This document shows, piece by piece, positions 27,451 through 37,155 of a stretch of 64,000 bases of DNA. The translations under genes were made by a program, and so were the position numbers. The stretch is from the NCBI GenBank assembly GCA_044225365.1, contig JBGAIQ010000003.1, positions 96,001-160,000 on the forward strand, written 5' to 3'. The stretch comes from Planctomycetota bacterium (lineage in GTDB: Bacteria > Planctomycetota > B15-G4 > JADJEK01). Every line of letters starts with the position of its first letter. The first letter of the stretch is position 1. The notes beneath the pieces were generated by a model that had not been told where the DNA came from, made no database searches, and saw only the letters and a list, made by a program, of their open reading frames with translations.

Positions 27451-30013
27451 GCGACAGCTCCGTTCCGGTCTCCCTACTCGCGAGCAGGCTGGGATACAAG
27501 CTCGCGACGACGATCGCGGCGAGGATCGTTCCGGTCTGGCGCGCCATCGCCAACGCGGGGAACGAGAGATCGATCGTCCAACCGAACCACGCGTAGTTGA
27601 TCACCGCGACGAGGACGAGCGCGAGCGCGACGCCCCCGAGCGCTCCAACCGCGATCCCCGATGCTCCGATCGCGAGGCCTTTGCCGAGGAAGAGCAGGAA
27701 GACCTGTCGCTTCGTCGCTCCGAGCGAACGATAGAGAGCGATCTCGGCGCGACGCTCGGCCGCGAGGATCAGGAGTCCGAGCGCGAGGCCAAGTGATGCG
27801 ACCGCGAGCGCCGTGGCCTCGAGGAGCCTCGTGACGAGGAACGTCTGATCGAAGATCCGCAGCGCCTCAGATCGAATGCGCTCGTTCGGTGTGATGGCGA
27901 GCGCTTTCGGCAGGTTCTCGCGCCAGCGATCCATCACTTCGTCGACACGCTGACCCGGGTGCAGGAAGATCCCCATGGCGTTGACGTCGCCCGGCCCGAG
28001 TCCGCGATCGAATTCCTTCTCGTCGACGACGACGATGCCGTGCTCGCTGGTGTAGTCGTGGAAGACGCCGCGAACTCGCAGGGTCCATTGACCCTTCGCG
28101 CCCGGCAGCTGGATGGCGTCGCCGACGTCGAGTCCCGACTTCAGTGCAAGCGGCTCCGAGATCACCGCGGTCCCGCCGGCCGCGAGTTCCGCCGCGACGG
28201 CGTGCTCTTCGCCGTTTCGCGGCTTCAGCAACGGGAATCGCATCTCGCTCTCCACATGGTTCGATTCGACGCCGAGCACGGTGACTCGCCTCTCACCGAA
28301 CCACAAGAGCGCGCGCCGCTGTCGATCGACGAGTCGGACGGCTGGATCCGCGGCGATCGCGGCGACGACGTCGCGCGCGATCCCCGCCTTGCCCTGCGAG
28401 GGACCGATCGTCTCGGTCGCGACGTAGACGTCGGCGCGGAACGTGGTCTCGATCCAGTGCATCACCGTGTCGCGAAAGCTGCCGACCATCAGCGTGATGC
28501 CGAAGAGCATCGCCACCGCGATCGACAACGCCGCTGCCGAGATCGCCGCGCTCGACACCCTTCGCGACAACGCTCGGGCAGCGAATCCGATTCCGAATCC
28601 GCGAACTCCGGATCGCGCGAGCGCTCGCGTGAACACCCACGGCATGAGCAACGGCAGACTCGCGATCACGACGAAGCCCAGGATGAAGCCCGCCGGTTTC
28701 GTGCCGAGCAGTCCGAGGCGATACGCCGCGAAGGCGACGGCGCAGGCGCCGATCCCGAGGATCGCGAGGTGCGGTGCGTGGCGGTCGACCCGGCGTTCGA
28801 CGACGCGCGACGACAGGAGGTCGCGCGGATCGGCCATCACGGACTCGAAGAGCGGCGGCGCCGCCGCGAGCAGAGCGCCGCCGACGCCGACGAGCAACGC
28901 GAGCGGGACGAGCCACGCCGGCGCATGGAGCCCCGCTATCGCGTCGAGCAGATACAGATTGGTGAGCGTCGCGGAGACGGCGGCGATGTTCCGTCGCGCG
29001 GCCTCGAAACCGAGCGGCAGACCGAGCGCGCAGCCGAGCCCCGCGAGCATCGCGACCTCGGAGAGCGCCGCGGCGAGCACCGCGCCACGGGTGGCGCCGA
29101 GCGCGCGGAGGACGCCGAATTCCGCGCGCCGCCGCACGATTTGCGCACGCACCGCGCTGAAGACGAGGAACAGTCCGACGAACACCGCGACGAAACTCAA
29201 CGCCGTGAGGTTGACGCGAAACGCTTCGAGCAGACCTTCGGCCTGCGCCTCGCGCTGCTTCGGAGTGAGGAGGCGACAACTCGGCGGAAGGCGCGGCAGG
29301 AGGCGATTCGCGACCTCCGCCGCGTTTGCACCCGGCACGAGGTCGAGATCGATGCGATCGAGCTCGCCCGCGCGACCGAAGGCGTCCTGCGCGGCGCCGA
29401 TGTCCATGACGACGAGCCGATCGCTCACGAGGAGCGAGCGCTTCCTCAGATCGAGCAGACCGGCGACGACGAGATCGACCGTGCGCGATCCCAACGAGAC
29501 CGTGAGCAAGTCGCCCGGGATCAGTCCCAGGTTCTCCGCGAGAGTATCGGTGAGAGCGATCGCGTTGGCGCCCGCGACCAGATCCCGCACGTTCGGCGCA
29601 TCACCCCGATACGGGATCTTCTGCGCGAGAGTGAGATCGGTGGCGATCACGTCGAGATAGAGACCCTTCGCCCGGAGGGACCCCTCGGGGCCCTTGCTCG
29701 ACGGCCGGACTCGAACCGAGAAGTCGAGGATGGGCAGCGCGGCCTCGACTCCCGGATCCGAGATCGCGATTCGCCACGCGGAATCGTCGAGGAACGGCCC
29801 ATCGGGCACGATCGACAGATCGACGTCGCCGTCGACCGCGCGCATCCCCGCCGCGAACGACGCGATCGCGCTCTGATGGATCAATTGGATCGCGACGACC
29901 GAGGCGACGCCGATCGCCACCGACGCGAGCGTGAGCAGGAAGAGCGCGGCCTCGCTGCGAACGCGATGGACGAGCGTGCGAACGACGTATCCGAGCATGC
30001 CGCCGCGGATCAT
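27437..30013 (-). CDS. FtsX/MacB-type ABC permease (duplicated)
   Basis: AFRVNLTALS, RRRAEFGVLRALG, MVGSFR, IFDQTF; two permease halves. Confidence 0.88.
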   Translation of the reverse strand: MIRGGMLGYVVRTLVHRVRSEAALFLLTLASVAIGVASVVAIQLIHQSAIASFAAGMRAVDGDVDLSIVPDGPFLDDSAWRIAISDPGVEAALPILDFSVRVRPSSKGPEGSLRAKGLYLDVIATDLTLAQKIPYRGDAPNVRDLVAGANAIALTDTLAENLGLIPGDLLTVSLGSRTVDLVVAGLLDLRKRSLLVSDRLVVMDIGAAQDAFGRAGELDRIDLDLVPGANAAEVANRLLPRLPPSCRLLTPKQREAQAEGLLEAFRVNLTALSFVAVFVGLFLVFSAVRAQIVRRRAEFGVLRALGATRGAVLAAALSEVAMLAGLGCALGLPLGFEAARRNIAAVSATLTNLYLLDAIAGLHAPAWLVPLALLVGVGGALLAAAPPLFESVMADPRDLLSSRVVERRVDRHAPHLAILGIGACAVAFAAYRLGLLGTKPAGFILGFVVIASLPLLMPWVFTRALARSGVRGFGIGFAARALSRRVSSAAISAAALSIAVAMLFGITLMVGSFRDTVMHWIETTFRADVYVATETIGPSQGKAGIARDVVAAIAADPAVRLVDRQRRALLWFGERRVTVLGVESNHVESEMRFPLLKPRNGEEHAVAAELAAGGTAVISEPLALKSGLDVGDAIQLPGAKGQWTLRVRGVFHDYTSEHGIVVVDEKEFDRGLGPGDVNAMGIFLHPGQRVDEVMDRWRENLPKALAITPNERIRSEALRIFDQTFLVTRLLEATALAVASLGLALGLLILAAERRAEIALYRSLGATKRQVFLLFLGKGLAIGASGIAVGALGGVALALVLVAVINYAWFGWTIDLSFPALAMARQTGTILAAIVVASLYPSLLASRETGTELSREKE

Positions 30014-30687
30014 CCTCGCGCCATCTCCCCGCTCTTCAGCTCGAGCGTGCGATCGGCGAGCGCGGCGAGTTCCCGGCTGTGCGTCACGAGCACGAGCGTC
30101 GCTCCCGATTCGGTCGCGAGCGAGAACAGCAGATCGGTGACGATTCGCCCGCTCGCATCGTCGAGGCTGCCCGTCGGTTCGTCCGCGAGAACCAGCGGAG
30201 GCTTGCGCAGGAGAGCACGACAGAGCGCCACCCGCTGCTGCTCGCCCCCGGAGAGTCCGTCGATCGGATCCGTCGCTCGCGTTTCGAGCCCGACGCGCCG
30301 CAGCAACTCGCCCGCTCGGACGCGCGCGACCTTCAGATCGCCGCCCGCGATTCGCTCCGGCAGGACGACGTTCTCGAGGACCGACAAGTGCGGCAGGAGA
30401 TGGAAGAACTGGAACACGAGTCCGATCCGGTCGCGACGCATCCGCGATCGTTCGGCGTCGTCGAGGGAGTCGAGGTCGCGGCCGTCGACGAAGACCTGGC
30501 CATCGCTCGGGCGCTCGATGCCGGCCGCGAGATGTAGAAGCGTCGACTTGCCGCTCCCGCTGCGGCCGATGATCGCGACACGCTCACGCTTCTCGATCGC
30601 GAAGGACAGCGAATGCAGCGCGACGAGCGGCGGACCCCGCTCACGCGCGAAACTCTTCGTGACGTTCGTGAACGCAAGGACCGCCAT
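30010..30687 (-). CDS. LolD/MacB-type ABC ATPase
   Basis: GRSGSGKS, FQFFHLL, LSGGEQQR, LADEPTG, VTHS. Confidence 0.92.
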   Translation of the reverse strand: MAVLAFTNVTKSFARERGPPLVALHSLSFAIEKRERVAIIGRSGSGKSTLLHLAAGIERPSDGQVFVDGRDLDSLDDAERSRMRRDRIGLVFQFFHLLPHLSVLENVVLPERIAGGDLKVARVRAGELLRRVGLETRATDPIDGLSGGEQQRVALCRALLRKPPLVLADEPTGSLDDASGRIVTDLLFSLATESGATLVLVTHSRELAALADRTLELKSGEMARG

Positions 30688-30762
30688 GATTTCGAACTTA
30701 GCGCCGTGACCCTGGGACCGAATCGAATTCGTGGCGGCTCCGCCGTGGATGCAGCTCTTTTC

Positions 30763-30880
30763 GGACCGCCACGCTCCAGCGTGGCATCCCCAATGAGATG
30801 CCGGGCAGGGCCCGGCGGTCCGGCCATCCAGATGCCGGGCAGGGCCCGGCGGTCCGGACCGCCACGCTCCAGCGTGGCAT
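30763..30880. repeat. REP/BIME-like cluster of four palindromic units
   Basis: GGACCGCCACGCTCCAGCGTGGCAT at 30763 and 30856 (+); GATGCCGGGCAGGGCCCGGCGGTCC at 30797 and 30831, whose reverse complement also reads GGACCGCC...GGCATC. Confidence 0.8.
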
Positions 30881-30947
30881 GATCGTCGCATCGCGGCCGC
30901 GGCGCGTCCTGTATTCTGCGCTCGCACCCGATCTGCGGAGCAAAGAC

Positions 30948-33887
30948 GTGTCGAGCGCATCGCCCATCGAGAACCTTCCCGTCGAGTCCGTGCGGGATCT
31001 CTACGTCCTCGATCATCAGAAGCTACGCACCGAAGCATACGAGTTGGTCCACGCGACCGAGAAAGTCGGCGGTCGACCCTGCGCGATCCAGCGGCTCCTG
31101 CCCTCGATCGCATCGAATGCGGAGTGCGTCGAACAGTTCGTGATCCAGGCGCTCGCCGCGGCGCGCAGTCACTGCAAGAACATCCTCGCCGTTCACGGCG
31201 TCGCGCGAGACGACGAAGGTCCGTACGCGGTCGTCGAGTGGCCTGAGAACGGCATCCTCGAGTCGCGACTCTCGCTCGGACCGCTCCCGAGCACCGAGGT
31301 CGAGAAACTCGCAGAAGGGCTCGCGAACGCGCTCGCGACGGCCTTCGACCGCGGATTCTGTCACGGACGCGTCGTGCCGAGCGAGGTGCTCCTCTCGTCG
31401 GGCGACACGCCCTGGCTCGGCGCGTTCGGGATCGGCCTTCCCGACGACGAATCGAGCACTCTGCTGATCGACGACGACAAGAAGCCCGCGCGACCGGTGC
31501 ATCGCCACTCCCCGAATGCGGCCGACGACGCGCACCGCCTGTGCCTGTTGCTCGATCGCGCGATTCGGGGCCGCCCCGGCGCCCACAACAAGGTCGATCC
31601 GCCGCCCTGGCTCACGAAGCTCCTCCACAAGGGACTCGCGTCGGACTCGCGAGCCCGGTTCCGGAACTCCAACGACATCGCGGACTGGCTGCGCGCGGAG
31701 CGGGGACAGGGCGCTGCCGGCGAGCGCTCCGACGATGCGCCGACCGCCGGCGCCATCACTTCGAGCCCCGAGGCTCCCGGTTCGCGATCGTCTCGCGGCT
31801 CTTCCTCGAACCCGCGGACGCAGACGGCGGGATCGGCGACGAGCGCGGAAGATGCGGGCGGACGCGCGGAGTTCCCGTGGCGACCGCTGCACGAACAGTA
31901 CCGGATCGAAGGCGAGGCCCTCGCCGGCGGAATGGGAACCGTGATTCGCGCGATCGAGATGGCGACGGGCCGCGCCGTCGCCGTAAAGCGGATGAAGAAC
32001 GCGGATGCCGCCGCAGTGCGTCGATTCCGCCGTGAGGCCGCCGCGATCGCGCGCTTGAATCATCCGAACGTCCTCCAACTGATGCAGGCCGCCCGCGACG
32101 ACGACGGGGACTACCTCGTCCTCGAATGGGCGCCGAACGGCTCGCTCGCCGATGTGCTGAAGCGCGACGGCAAGCTGCCGTTCGAGTCCGTGCTCGACGT
32201 CGCGCGGAAGATCGGATCCGCGCTGTCCTACGCGCATGGCAAAGGCTGCATCCATCGCGACGTGAAGCCGCACAACATCCTGCTCTCCGAGTCGAACGAG
32301 CCCAAGCTCGCGGACTTCGGCCTCGCGCGCGCGATCGAGGAGAACTCGCTCACCACGTCGACGGCGGGCGGCGGGTCGCCCGTCTACATGCCGCCCGAGC
32401 AGTGGCAGGACTCGCACAAGGCCGACGCGCGCAGCGATGTCTACGCCTTCGCGAAGACGCTCTATCACCTGATGACGGGCGAGAAGCCGGCGACGATCGA
32501 CAAGCAGCGCCTGACGCCACAGCTCGTCACCGTCTTCAAGAAGGCGACGGAGCAAGACGCCGACGATCGGTACGCATCGATCCAAGAGTTCCTCGTCGCG
32601 TTCGGGAGCGCGTGCGGCGCGGAAAGGACCGAAGCTCGAAGCTCATCGACCGCTCCGGCTGGTTCGCGCTCTGGGACTTTCATCCTCGTCGGAATCGCGC
32701 TCCTCCTCGTGCTCGGCGGAGCGGGATACGCGCTGCGCGATCAGCCGTTCATGAAACCGATCCGCGATCGTGTGGTCGGGAAGAACGAGTCGGATTCCGT
32801 CGGAGCGGTGCCGCAGTCAGGGGAGAAGTCGAAGCCGGAGGAATCGCAGGGGCGACGCAAGCGACCGCTCTCGGATTTCATGGATCGACGACTGCAGGAT
32901 CTGTCGGACGTCAATGCTGCCCTCGAGGTCCTGCCGGCGTATCACGGCCTCGTCCTCGCGCCGCAGAAGGGTCTCACGCCGTTGCGGATCGATCCCGTGT
33001 CGCAGCTCGTCGAGTTCGTTCACGACGCTTCGGGCGTCGCCCCCGAATTCCTCGGCGGTGGTCGGTACGCCGTCACCGACAAGACAGGGGTCGTGCTCGT
33101 GCTGATCCCCGGCGGAACTGCGACGCTCGGCGCCCAGCACACCGATTCGAAGGGCAGAGAATCGCTCGACTACGATCCGTTCGCGCAAGAAGACGAAGCA
33201 CCGGTCCTTCGCATCGAGCTCGCTCCGTACTTCCTCGGGAAGTACGAGATCAGTCAGGCGCAATGGCTCAGGCTCGCCGGATCGAATCCGAGCCTCGCGG
33301 CTCCGAAGCCCGGCTCGAAGGGGAGCGATGGGTCGTTCACCCTTGCGAACCCGGTCGAGCGCGTGAGCTGGAACTCGGCGCACGAGACGCTTCAGCGATG
33401 CCAGCTCACGCTACCCACGGAAGCGCAATGGGAGTTCGCGTGCCGCGCGGGAACGAACACCTCGTGGTTCTCCGGAGCGGCTGCGGATTCGCTCGAGCGC
33501 TACGCCAACCTCGCGGATCAGCGCACGCGCGATCTCAATCCCGATCTCTTGAAGCACCTCGCGCCCGGCGATTACGCCCCGTTCGCGGACGCCCACGCGA
33601 ACACGGCCCCGATCCACGAGTACGCGGCGAATCCGTTCGGTCTCGTCTCCATGTGCGGGAACGTCGCCGAGTGGTGCCTCGATGGATTTGGACCCTACAC
33701 CGATCCGCCGCGTGCCGACGATGGCGCGCGGCATCCGGAGACGACGTTCGCGGGCAAGCGTGTCGTCCGCGGCGGTAGCTATGCGTTCGGTCCGAAGGAC
33801 GCGCGCTCGGCGGCGCGCTCCGAAGCGGCCCCGACGATCGAGCAGCCCTTCATTGGCGTTCGAGCCGCGCGCCCGGTGGATCGTTGA
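30948..33887 (+). CDS. Pseudokinase + Ser/Thr kinase + TM + FGE-sulfatase (SUMF1) domain protein
   Basis: Second kinase has GGMG, VAVK, HRDVKPHN, DFG, YMPPE; C-terminal LPTEAQWEFACRAG, NPFGL..MCGNVAEWC, RGGS; GTG start after GGAG. Confidence 0.88.
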   Translation: MSSASPIENLPVESVRDLYVLDHQKLRTEAYELVHATEKVGGRPCAIQRLLPSIASNAECVEQFVIQALAAARSHCKNILAVHGVARDDEGPYAVVEWPENGILESRLSLGPLPSTEVEKLAEGLANALATAFDRGFCHGRVVPSEVLLSSGDTPWLGAFGIGLPDDESSTLLIDDDKKPARPVHRHSPNAADDAHRLCLLLDRAIRGRPGAHNKVDPPPWLTKLLHKGLASDSRARFRNSNDIADWLRAERGQGAAGERSDDAPTAGAITSSPEAPGSRSSRGSSSNPRTQTAGSATSAEDAGGRAEFPWRPLHEQYRIEGEALAGGMGTVIRAIEMATGRAVAVKRMKNADAAAVRRFRREAAAIARLNHPNVLQLMQAARDDDGDYLVLEWAPNGSLADVLKRDGKLPFESVLDVARKIGSALSYAHGKGCIHRDVKPHNILLSESNEPKLADFGLARAIEENSLTTSTAGGGSPVYMPPEQWQDSHKADARSDVYAFAKTLYHLMTGEKPATIDKQRLTPQLVTVFKKATEQDADDRYASIQEFLVAFGSACGAERTEARSSSTAPAGSRSGTFILVGIALLLVLGGAGYALRDQPFMKPIRDRVVGKNESDSVGAVPQSGEKSKPEESQGRRKRPLSDFMDRRLQDLSDVNAALEVLPAYHGLVLAPQKGLTPLRIDPVSQLVEFVHDASGVAPEFLGGGRYAVTDKTGVVLVLIPGGTATLGAQHTDSKGRESLDYDPFAQEDEAPVLRIELAPYFLGKYEISQAQWLRLAGSNPSLAAPKPGSKGSDGSFTLANPVERVSWNSAHETLQRCQLTLPTEAQWEFACRAGTNTSWFSGAAADSLERYANLADQRTRDLNPDLLKHLAPGDYAPFADAHANTAPIHEYAANPFGLVSMCGNVAEWCLDGFGPYTDPPRADDGARHPETTFAGKRVVRGGSYAFGPKDARSAARSEAAPTIEQPFIGVRAARPVDR

Positions 33888-33903
33888 ACGAGCCGTTGCC
33901 CGC

Positions 33904-34020
33904 TCACGTTCCGCCGAACAGCCAGTACAAGAGCGCGAACACGATGATGAAGCCGATCAGGCTCGACGTCAGCGCGCGGGCACCAAGCGCCGCGAAGATC
34001 GATTTGCCCAGGTTGTTCAT
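33904..34020 (-). CDS. Small membrane protein (38 aa)
   Basis: MNNLGKSIFAALGARALTSSLIGFIIVFALLYWLFGGT, AGAGGA RBS; below the ORF-track cutoff. Confidence 0.6.
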   Translation of the reverse strand: MNNLGKSIFAALGARALTSSLIGFIIVFALLYWLFGGT

Positions 34021-34055
34021 GGGTATGTCCGTCCTCTTGCGGTCCTCGCCGCTTC

Positions 34056-34448
34056 TCAGTGCTTCGCACGAACCGTGAGGCGAATCGTGTCGCTCACGTC
34101 GATGCCCTTGGCCTTGGCGCTCACCACGACCCGCTGATCGTCCACCGGCGGCGCCCCTGCGCTCGCGACCAGCGTGTAGGTTCGAAAGTTCTCGGTGCTC
34201 GGGATCTCTCCGGGATTCGCGACAGTCACGCCGTCGGGGAGATTCGAGAACGTGATGTCGACCGCTCCGTTGAAGTCGGACCGCGCGACCGTGACGAGTA
34301 CGGGATCCGTCTCACCCGGCGCGATCACCTGATCGGCCTTCAGTACGAGCGTGAGCTTGCGACCGAGTGCATCCGCCTCGGTCTTCTTCTCGCACGCTGC
34401 GAACGAAACGAGGGCTGCGAGACAGAACGCTGAAGTGATCTTGAACAT
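34056..34448 (-). CDS. Small Ig-like lipoprotein, paralogue A
   Basis: Lipobox SFAA|C; similar to the 37550 protein. Confidence 0.7.
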   Translation of the reverse strand: MFKITSAFCLAALVSFAACEKKTEADALGRKLTLVLKADQVIAPGETDPVLVTVARSDFNGAVDITFSNLPDGVTVANPGEIPSTENFRTYTLVASAGAPPVDDQRVVVSAKAKGIDVSDTIRLTVRAKH

Positions 34449-34486
34449 CTTTCGATTCCTCGAGAATGAAGGGGGATGGACCGCGG

Positions 34487-34852
34487 TCATGCCCAATACG
34501 GCTTCGACGCGTAGTAGGCGTACGTCTCGACGTGGAAGCGAGGGTCGGCGAAGTTCGGCCACTGTTCCTTGTCGAATCCGGGCGCGTGCTCGAGACGCTC
34601 CTTGTCCATGTCGAGCACGAAGAAGTTCTCGACAGCGTCGTAGTCGAGGGCTGCCCAGGGAACTGCGAAGAGCTTGTCACCGAGTCCGAGGAATCCGCCG
34701 AAGGACAGCACTGCGTAGGCGACTCGCCCGTCGACGAGATCGATCATCAGTTCGGTGATCTCTCCGAGGTCCTCCCCGGATCGGTTCTTCACTTCGGTTC
34801 CACGCAGATTCGTGGCCGCAAGGCACCGCGGGATCGCATGCGTCGTCGTCAT
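34487..34852 (-). CDS. PRC-barrel domain protein
   Basis: VKNRSGEDLGEI..LMID...GRVAYAVLSFGGFLGLGDKLFAVPW, APGFD. Confidence 0.9.
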   Translation of the reverse strand: MTTTHAIPRCLAATNLRGTEVKNRSGEDLGEITELMIDLVDGRVAYAVLSFGGFLGLGDKLFAVPWAALDYDAVENFFVLDMDKERLEHAPGFDKEQWPNFADPRFHVETYAYYASKPYWA

Positions 34853-35009
34853 GGGAGAAGGCTCCTACCTGTGAGGCGGTCGTTTCGATTCCCCTGCGAC
34901 GTGACTCACCGCAGGGACCGGCGATTCGAAGAGAGAGAACGGCGCGCCTCCTACTTGCCCCACCGACGAATGAAGAGACGCGTCGTTCTCTCGAGTCCGC
35001 CTACCCACC

Positions 35010-35024
35010 GCAAGCGTTGGACCA
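35010..35024 (-). promoter_or_regulatory. Sigma54 -24/-12 motif for the PRC/lipoprotein unit
   Basis: TGGTCCAACGCTTGC, GG-N10-GC with TTGC. Confidence 0.55.
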
Positions 35025-35131
35025 CGTCTTCGACGGCGCGATCGATCCACCCGAGTCCGCGATTGGACTCGACTTGGACCGCTTCGAACGACCGACCCCA
35101 GTTCTCCCATCCCGATCCGGCGTCGACGGTA

Positions 35132-35147
35132 GTTCCTACAAAAGTCG
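35132..35147 (+). promoter_or_regulatory. Shared upstream box (UAS candidate)
   Basis: GTTCCTACAAAAGTCG, 13/16 identical to the boxes at 45147 and 47869. Confidence 0.5.
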
Positions 35148-35189
35148 CCCCGTGAGTCCGCTCAACCCGCTGGAACGCAGCTCTTCGCA

Positions 35190-35205
35190 GGGCTCGACAT
35201 TTGCA
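35190..35205 (+). promoter_or_regulatory. Sigma54 -24/-12 motif for the AI-2E gene
   Basis: GGGCTCGACATTTGCA, GG-N10-GC with TTGCA. Confidence 0.55.
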
Positions 35206-35249
35206 CGTGTCCCGATGGATCGTCAAAGTTCTCGAGAAGGCAGGTCGCC

Positions 35250-37142
35250 ATGTTTCCAATGTCTGCAGGACTGAGGGCACTGTTCGCGCTCGCGGGAATC
35301 GTCCTGCTCGTCGCAGCGCTCTACTTCGCGCGCTCGGTCCTCGTTCCTGTTGCGCTCGCGCTCCTGCTCACCTTCCTCATGAGTCCGCTCGTCGACCGCC
35401 TGCAGCGCCTGCGACTCGGTCACACGTTGCCCGTCGTGATCGTCCTCCTGGCATCACTCGGTGCCGTGAGCGGGATCGGCTGGCTCGTCATGCGGCAGGT
35501 CGCCGTCATCGCGGAACATGCACCGGAGCAGAAACAGAAGATCCTCGCGAAGATCGAGCAGCTCCGCGCAGGCAGCCAGGGTTCCTTCATTGGCCGGATC
35601 CTCCACGAAGTCGAGGATCTCAAGACCGAGGTCGCCGCCGGGAAGGCGAGCGACGGATCTCACGGCTCTACGGATGCGGCCCCGGTCGCGGTCAAGCTCG
35701 AGAGTCACTCCCTCCTCGATGCGACACCCGTCTTGCTCGAAGTGCTTGCGCATGCGGGCTTCGTCGTGCTCCTCGCATCCTTCATGCTGCTGAATCGCCG
35801 CGAGCTGCGCGACCGGCTCATTCGACTCCTCGGCGCTCGTGATCTGCCACGGATGACGAAGGCACTCGACGAGACCGCCGATCGAATCAGCCAATACCTC
35901 GGTGCTCAGTGCATCATGAACGGGTTGAACGGACTCGTGGTCGGCATCGGTCTCGCGATCATGGGAATTCCGTACGCCATCCTGTTCGGGTTCGCCACCG
36001 CACTCCTGCGCTTCGTCCCCTATCTCGGCATATGGATCGCCGCCGCCTTGGCCGTTCTGACGAGCGTGGCGACCTTCGAGGGCTGGCGCGAACCCATGCT
36101 CGTGATGGCGCTCTTCGCCGGCACCGACATCGCGACCTACACGTTGATCGAGCCATTCGTGTACTCGCGAAAGCTCGGGATCTCGGCGGTCGCGTTGCTC
36201 ATCGCGGTGGCTGCGTGGACCGCGATCTGGGGGCCCGTCGGACTGCTCCTCGCGGCGCCGCTCACGGTATGCCTCGCGGTCGCGGCGCGACACGTTCCGC
36301 AACTCGAGCTCATCGACATCCTCATTGGAGCCGAACCGGTGATGAGCCCCGCGACGCGCTTCTACCAACGCCTGCTCGCTCGCGATCCCGACGAGGCGAT
36401 GCAGATCGTCGAAGAGTATCTCTCCAAGGCCGAGAATCCGGCGGACGTCCACGACGCGATCGTATGCCCCTCGCTCAACTACATTCGCCGCGACCGCCTT
36501 CGCACGGACATCCACGACGACGACGTCGCCTACATCCTCAGCAGCATCGACCGCGTGCTCGAACTGCTCGATCTGCGCCTCGCCGCGCGGACGGAGGAGA
36601 ACAAGACTGCTCCCGTCGCCCCTTCGGCTCCGACGCAGATCGGGGACGACCCATGCGTCCTCGCCTATCCCGCGGGCGATGCCATCGATTCGATGGCGCT
36701 CGGCATGCTCCAGCACCTGATGCCGGGCACGAAACTCGAACTCGTCTCCGACCACGTCTTGCTCTCCGAGCTGATCACGAAGATCGAGACGACGAACGCG
36801 CCTCTCATCGTCATCGCGTCGTGCCCGCCCGGAGGTCTCACGCAATGTCGCTACGTCGTCAAGCGGCTACGGGCTCGCTTTCCCTCGATTCGCATCGTGC
36901 TCGGGCGATTCGGCGGAGCCGAGGAGGCGACGCCCGCCGAGGCGGTCCTGCGCGAGGAGGGCGCCGATGTCATCGCGACGACTCTGATCGATGGCCGTCA
37001 GAAGATCTTCGACTTCATCGGCCTCTCGCCCGCTCCGCCCACTCCCAAGAAGGAGCCGGGACGACTCGACTCGACCCCCGAGTCGGAAAACGCTGCCGCG
37101 GTGCGGGAGCCCTCGTCGGGCTTCCTAGGCGCCGCTTTGTAG
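35250..37142 (+). CDS. AI-2E family transporter with cytoplasmic C-terminal Rossmann/B12-binding-like domain
   Basis: LVPVALALLLTFL, LRDRLIRL, LRFVPYLG, IEP, WGPVGLLLAAPLT; soluble tail after FYQRLLARD. Confidence 0.85.
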   Translation: MFPMSAGLRALFALAGIVLLVAALYFARSVLVPVALALLLTFLMSPLVDRLQRLRLGHTLPVVIVLLASLGAVSGIGWLVMRQVAVIAEHAPEQKQKILAKIEQLRAGSQGSFIGRILHEVEDLKTEVAAGKASDGSHGSTDAAPVAVKLESHSLLDATPVLLEVLAHAGFVVLLASFMLLNRRELRDRLIRLLGARDLPRMTKALDETADRISQYLGAQCIMNGLNGLVVGIGLAIMGIPYAILFGFATALLRFVPYLGIWIAAALAVLTSVATFEGWREPMLVMALFAGTDIATYTLIEPFVYSRKLGISAVALLIAVAAWTAIWGPVGLLLAAPLTVCLAVAARHVPQLELIDILIGAEPVMSPATRFYQRLLARDPDEAMQIVEEYLSKAENPADVHDAIVCPSLNYIRRDRLRTDIHDDDVAYILSSIDRVLELLDLRLAARTEENKTAPVAPSAPTQIGDDPCVLAYPAGDAIDSMALGMLQHLMPGTKLELVSDHVLLSELITKIETTNAPLIVIASCPPGGLTQCRYVVKRLRARFPSIRIVLGRFGGAEEATPAEAVLREEGADVIATTLIDGRQKIFDFIGLSPAPPTPKKEPGRLDSTPESENAAAVREPSSGFLGAAL

Positions 37143-37155
37143 AAAAGGAGATGCC

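Noticed and set aside
27959-30709. Very long antisense ORFs (916 aa here; also 49355..51631, 5187..7226, 13589..15604)
   Set aside because: Shadows of well-supported opposite-strand genes caused by GC3 bias; no recognisable motifs.
30763-30880. Possible CRISPR array
   Set aside because: Only four units in mixed orientation with 0-9 bp gaps, no unique spacers and no cas genes; fits REP/BIME.
33400-33887. FGE/CLec domain as a diversity-generating retroelement target
   Set aside because: No reverse transcriptase and no template repeat copy of the 3' end found in the window.
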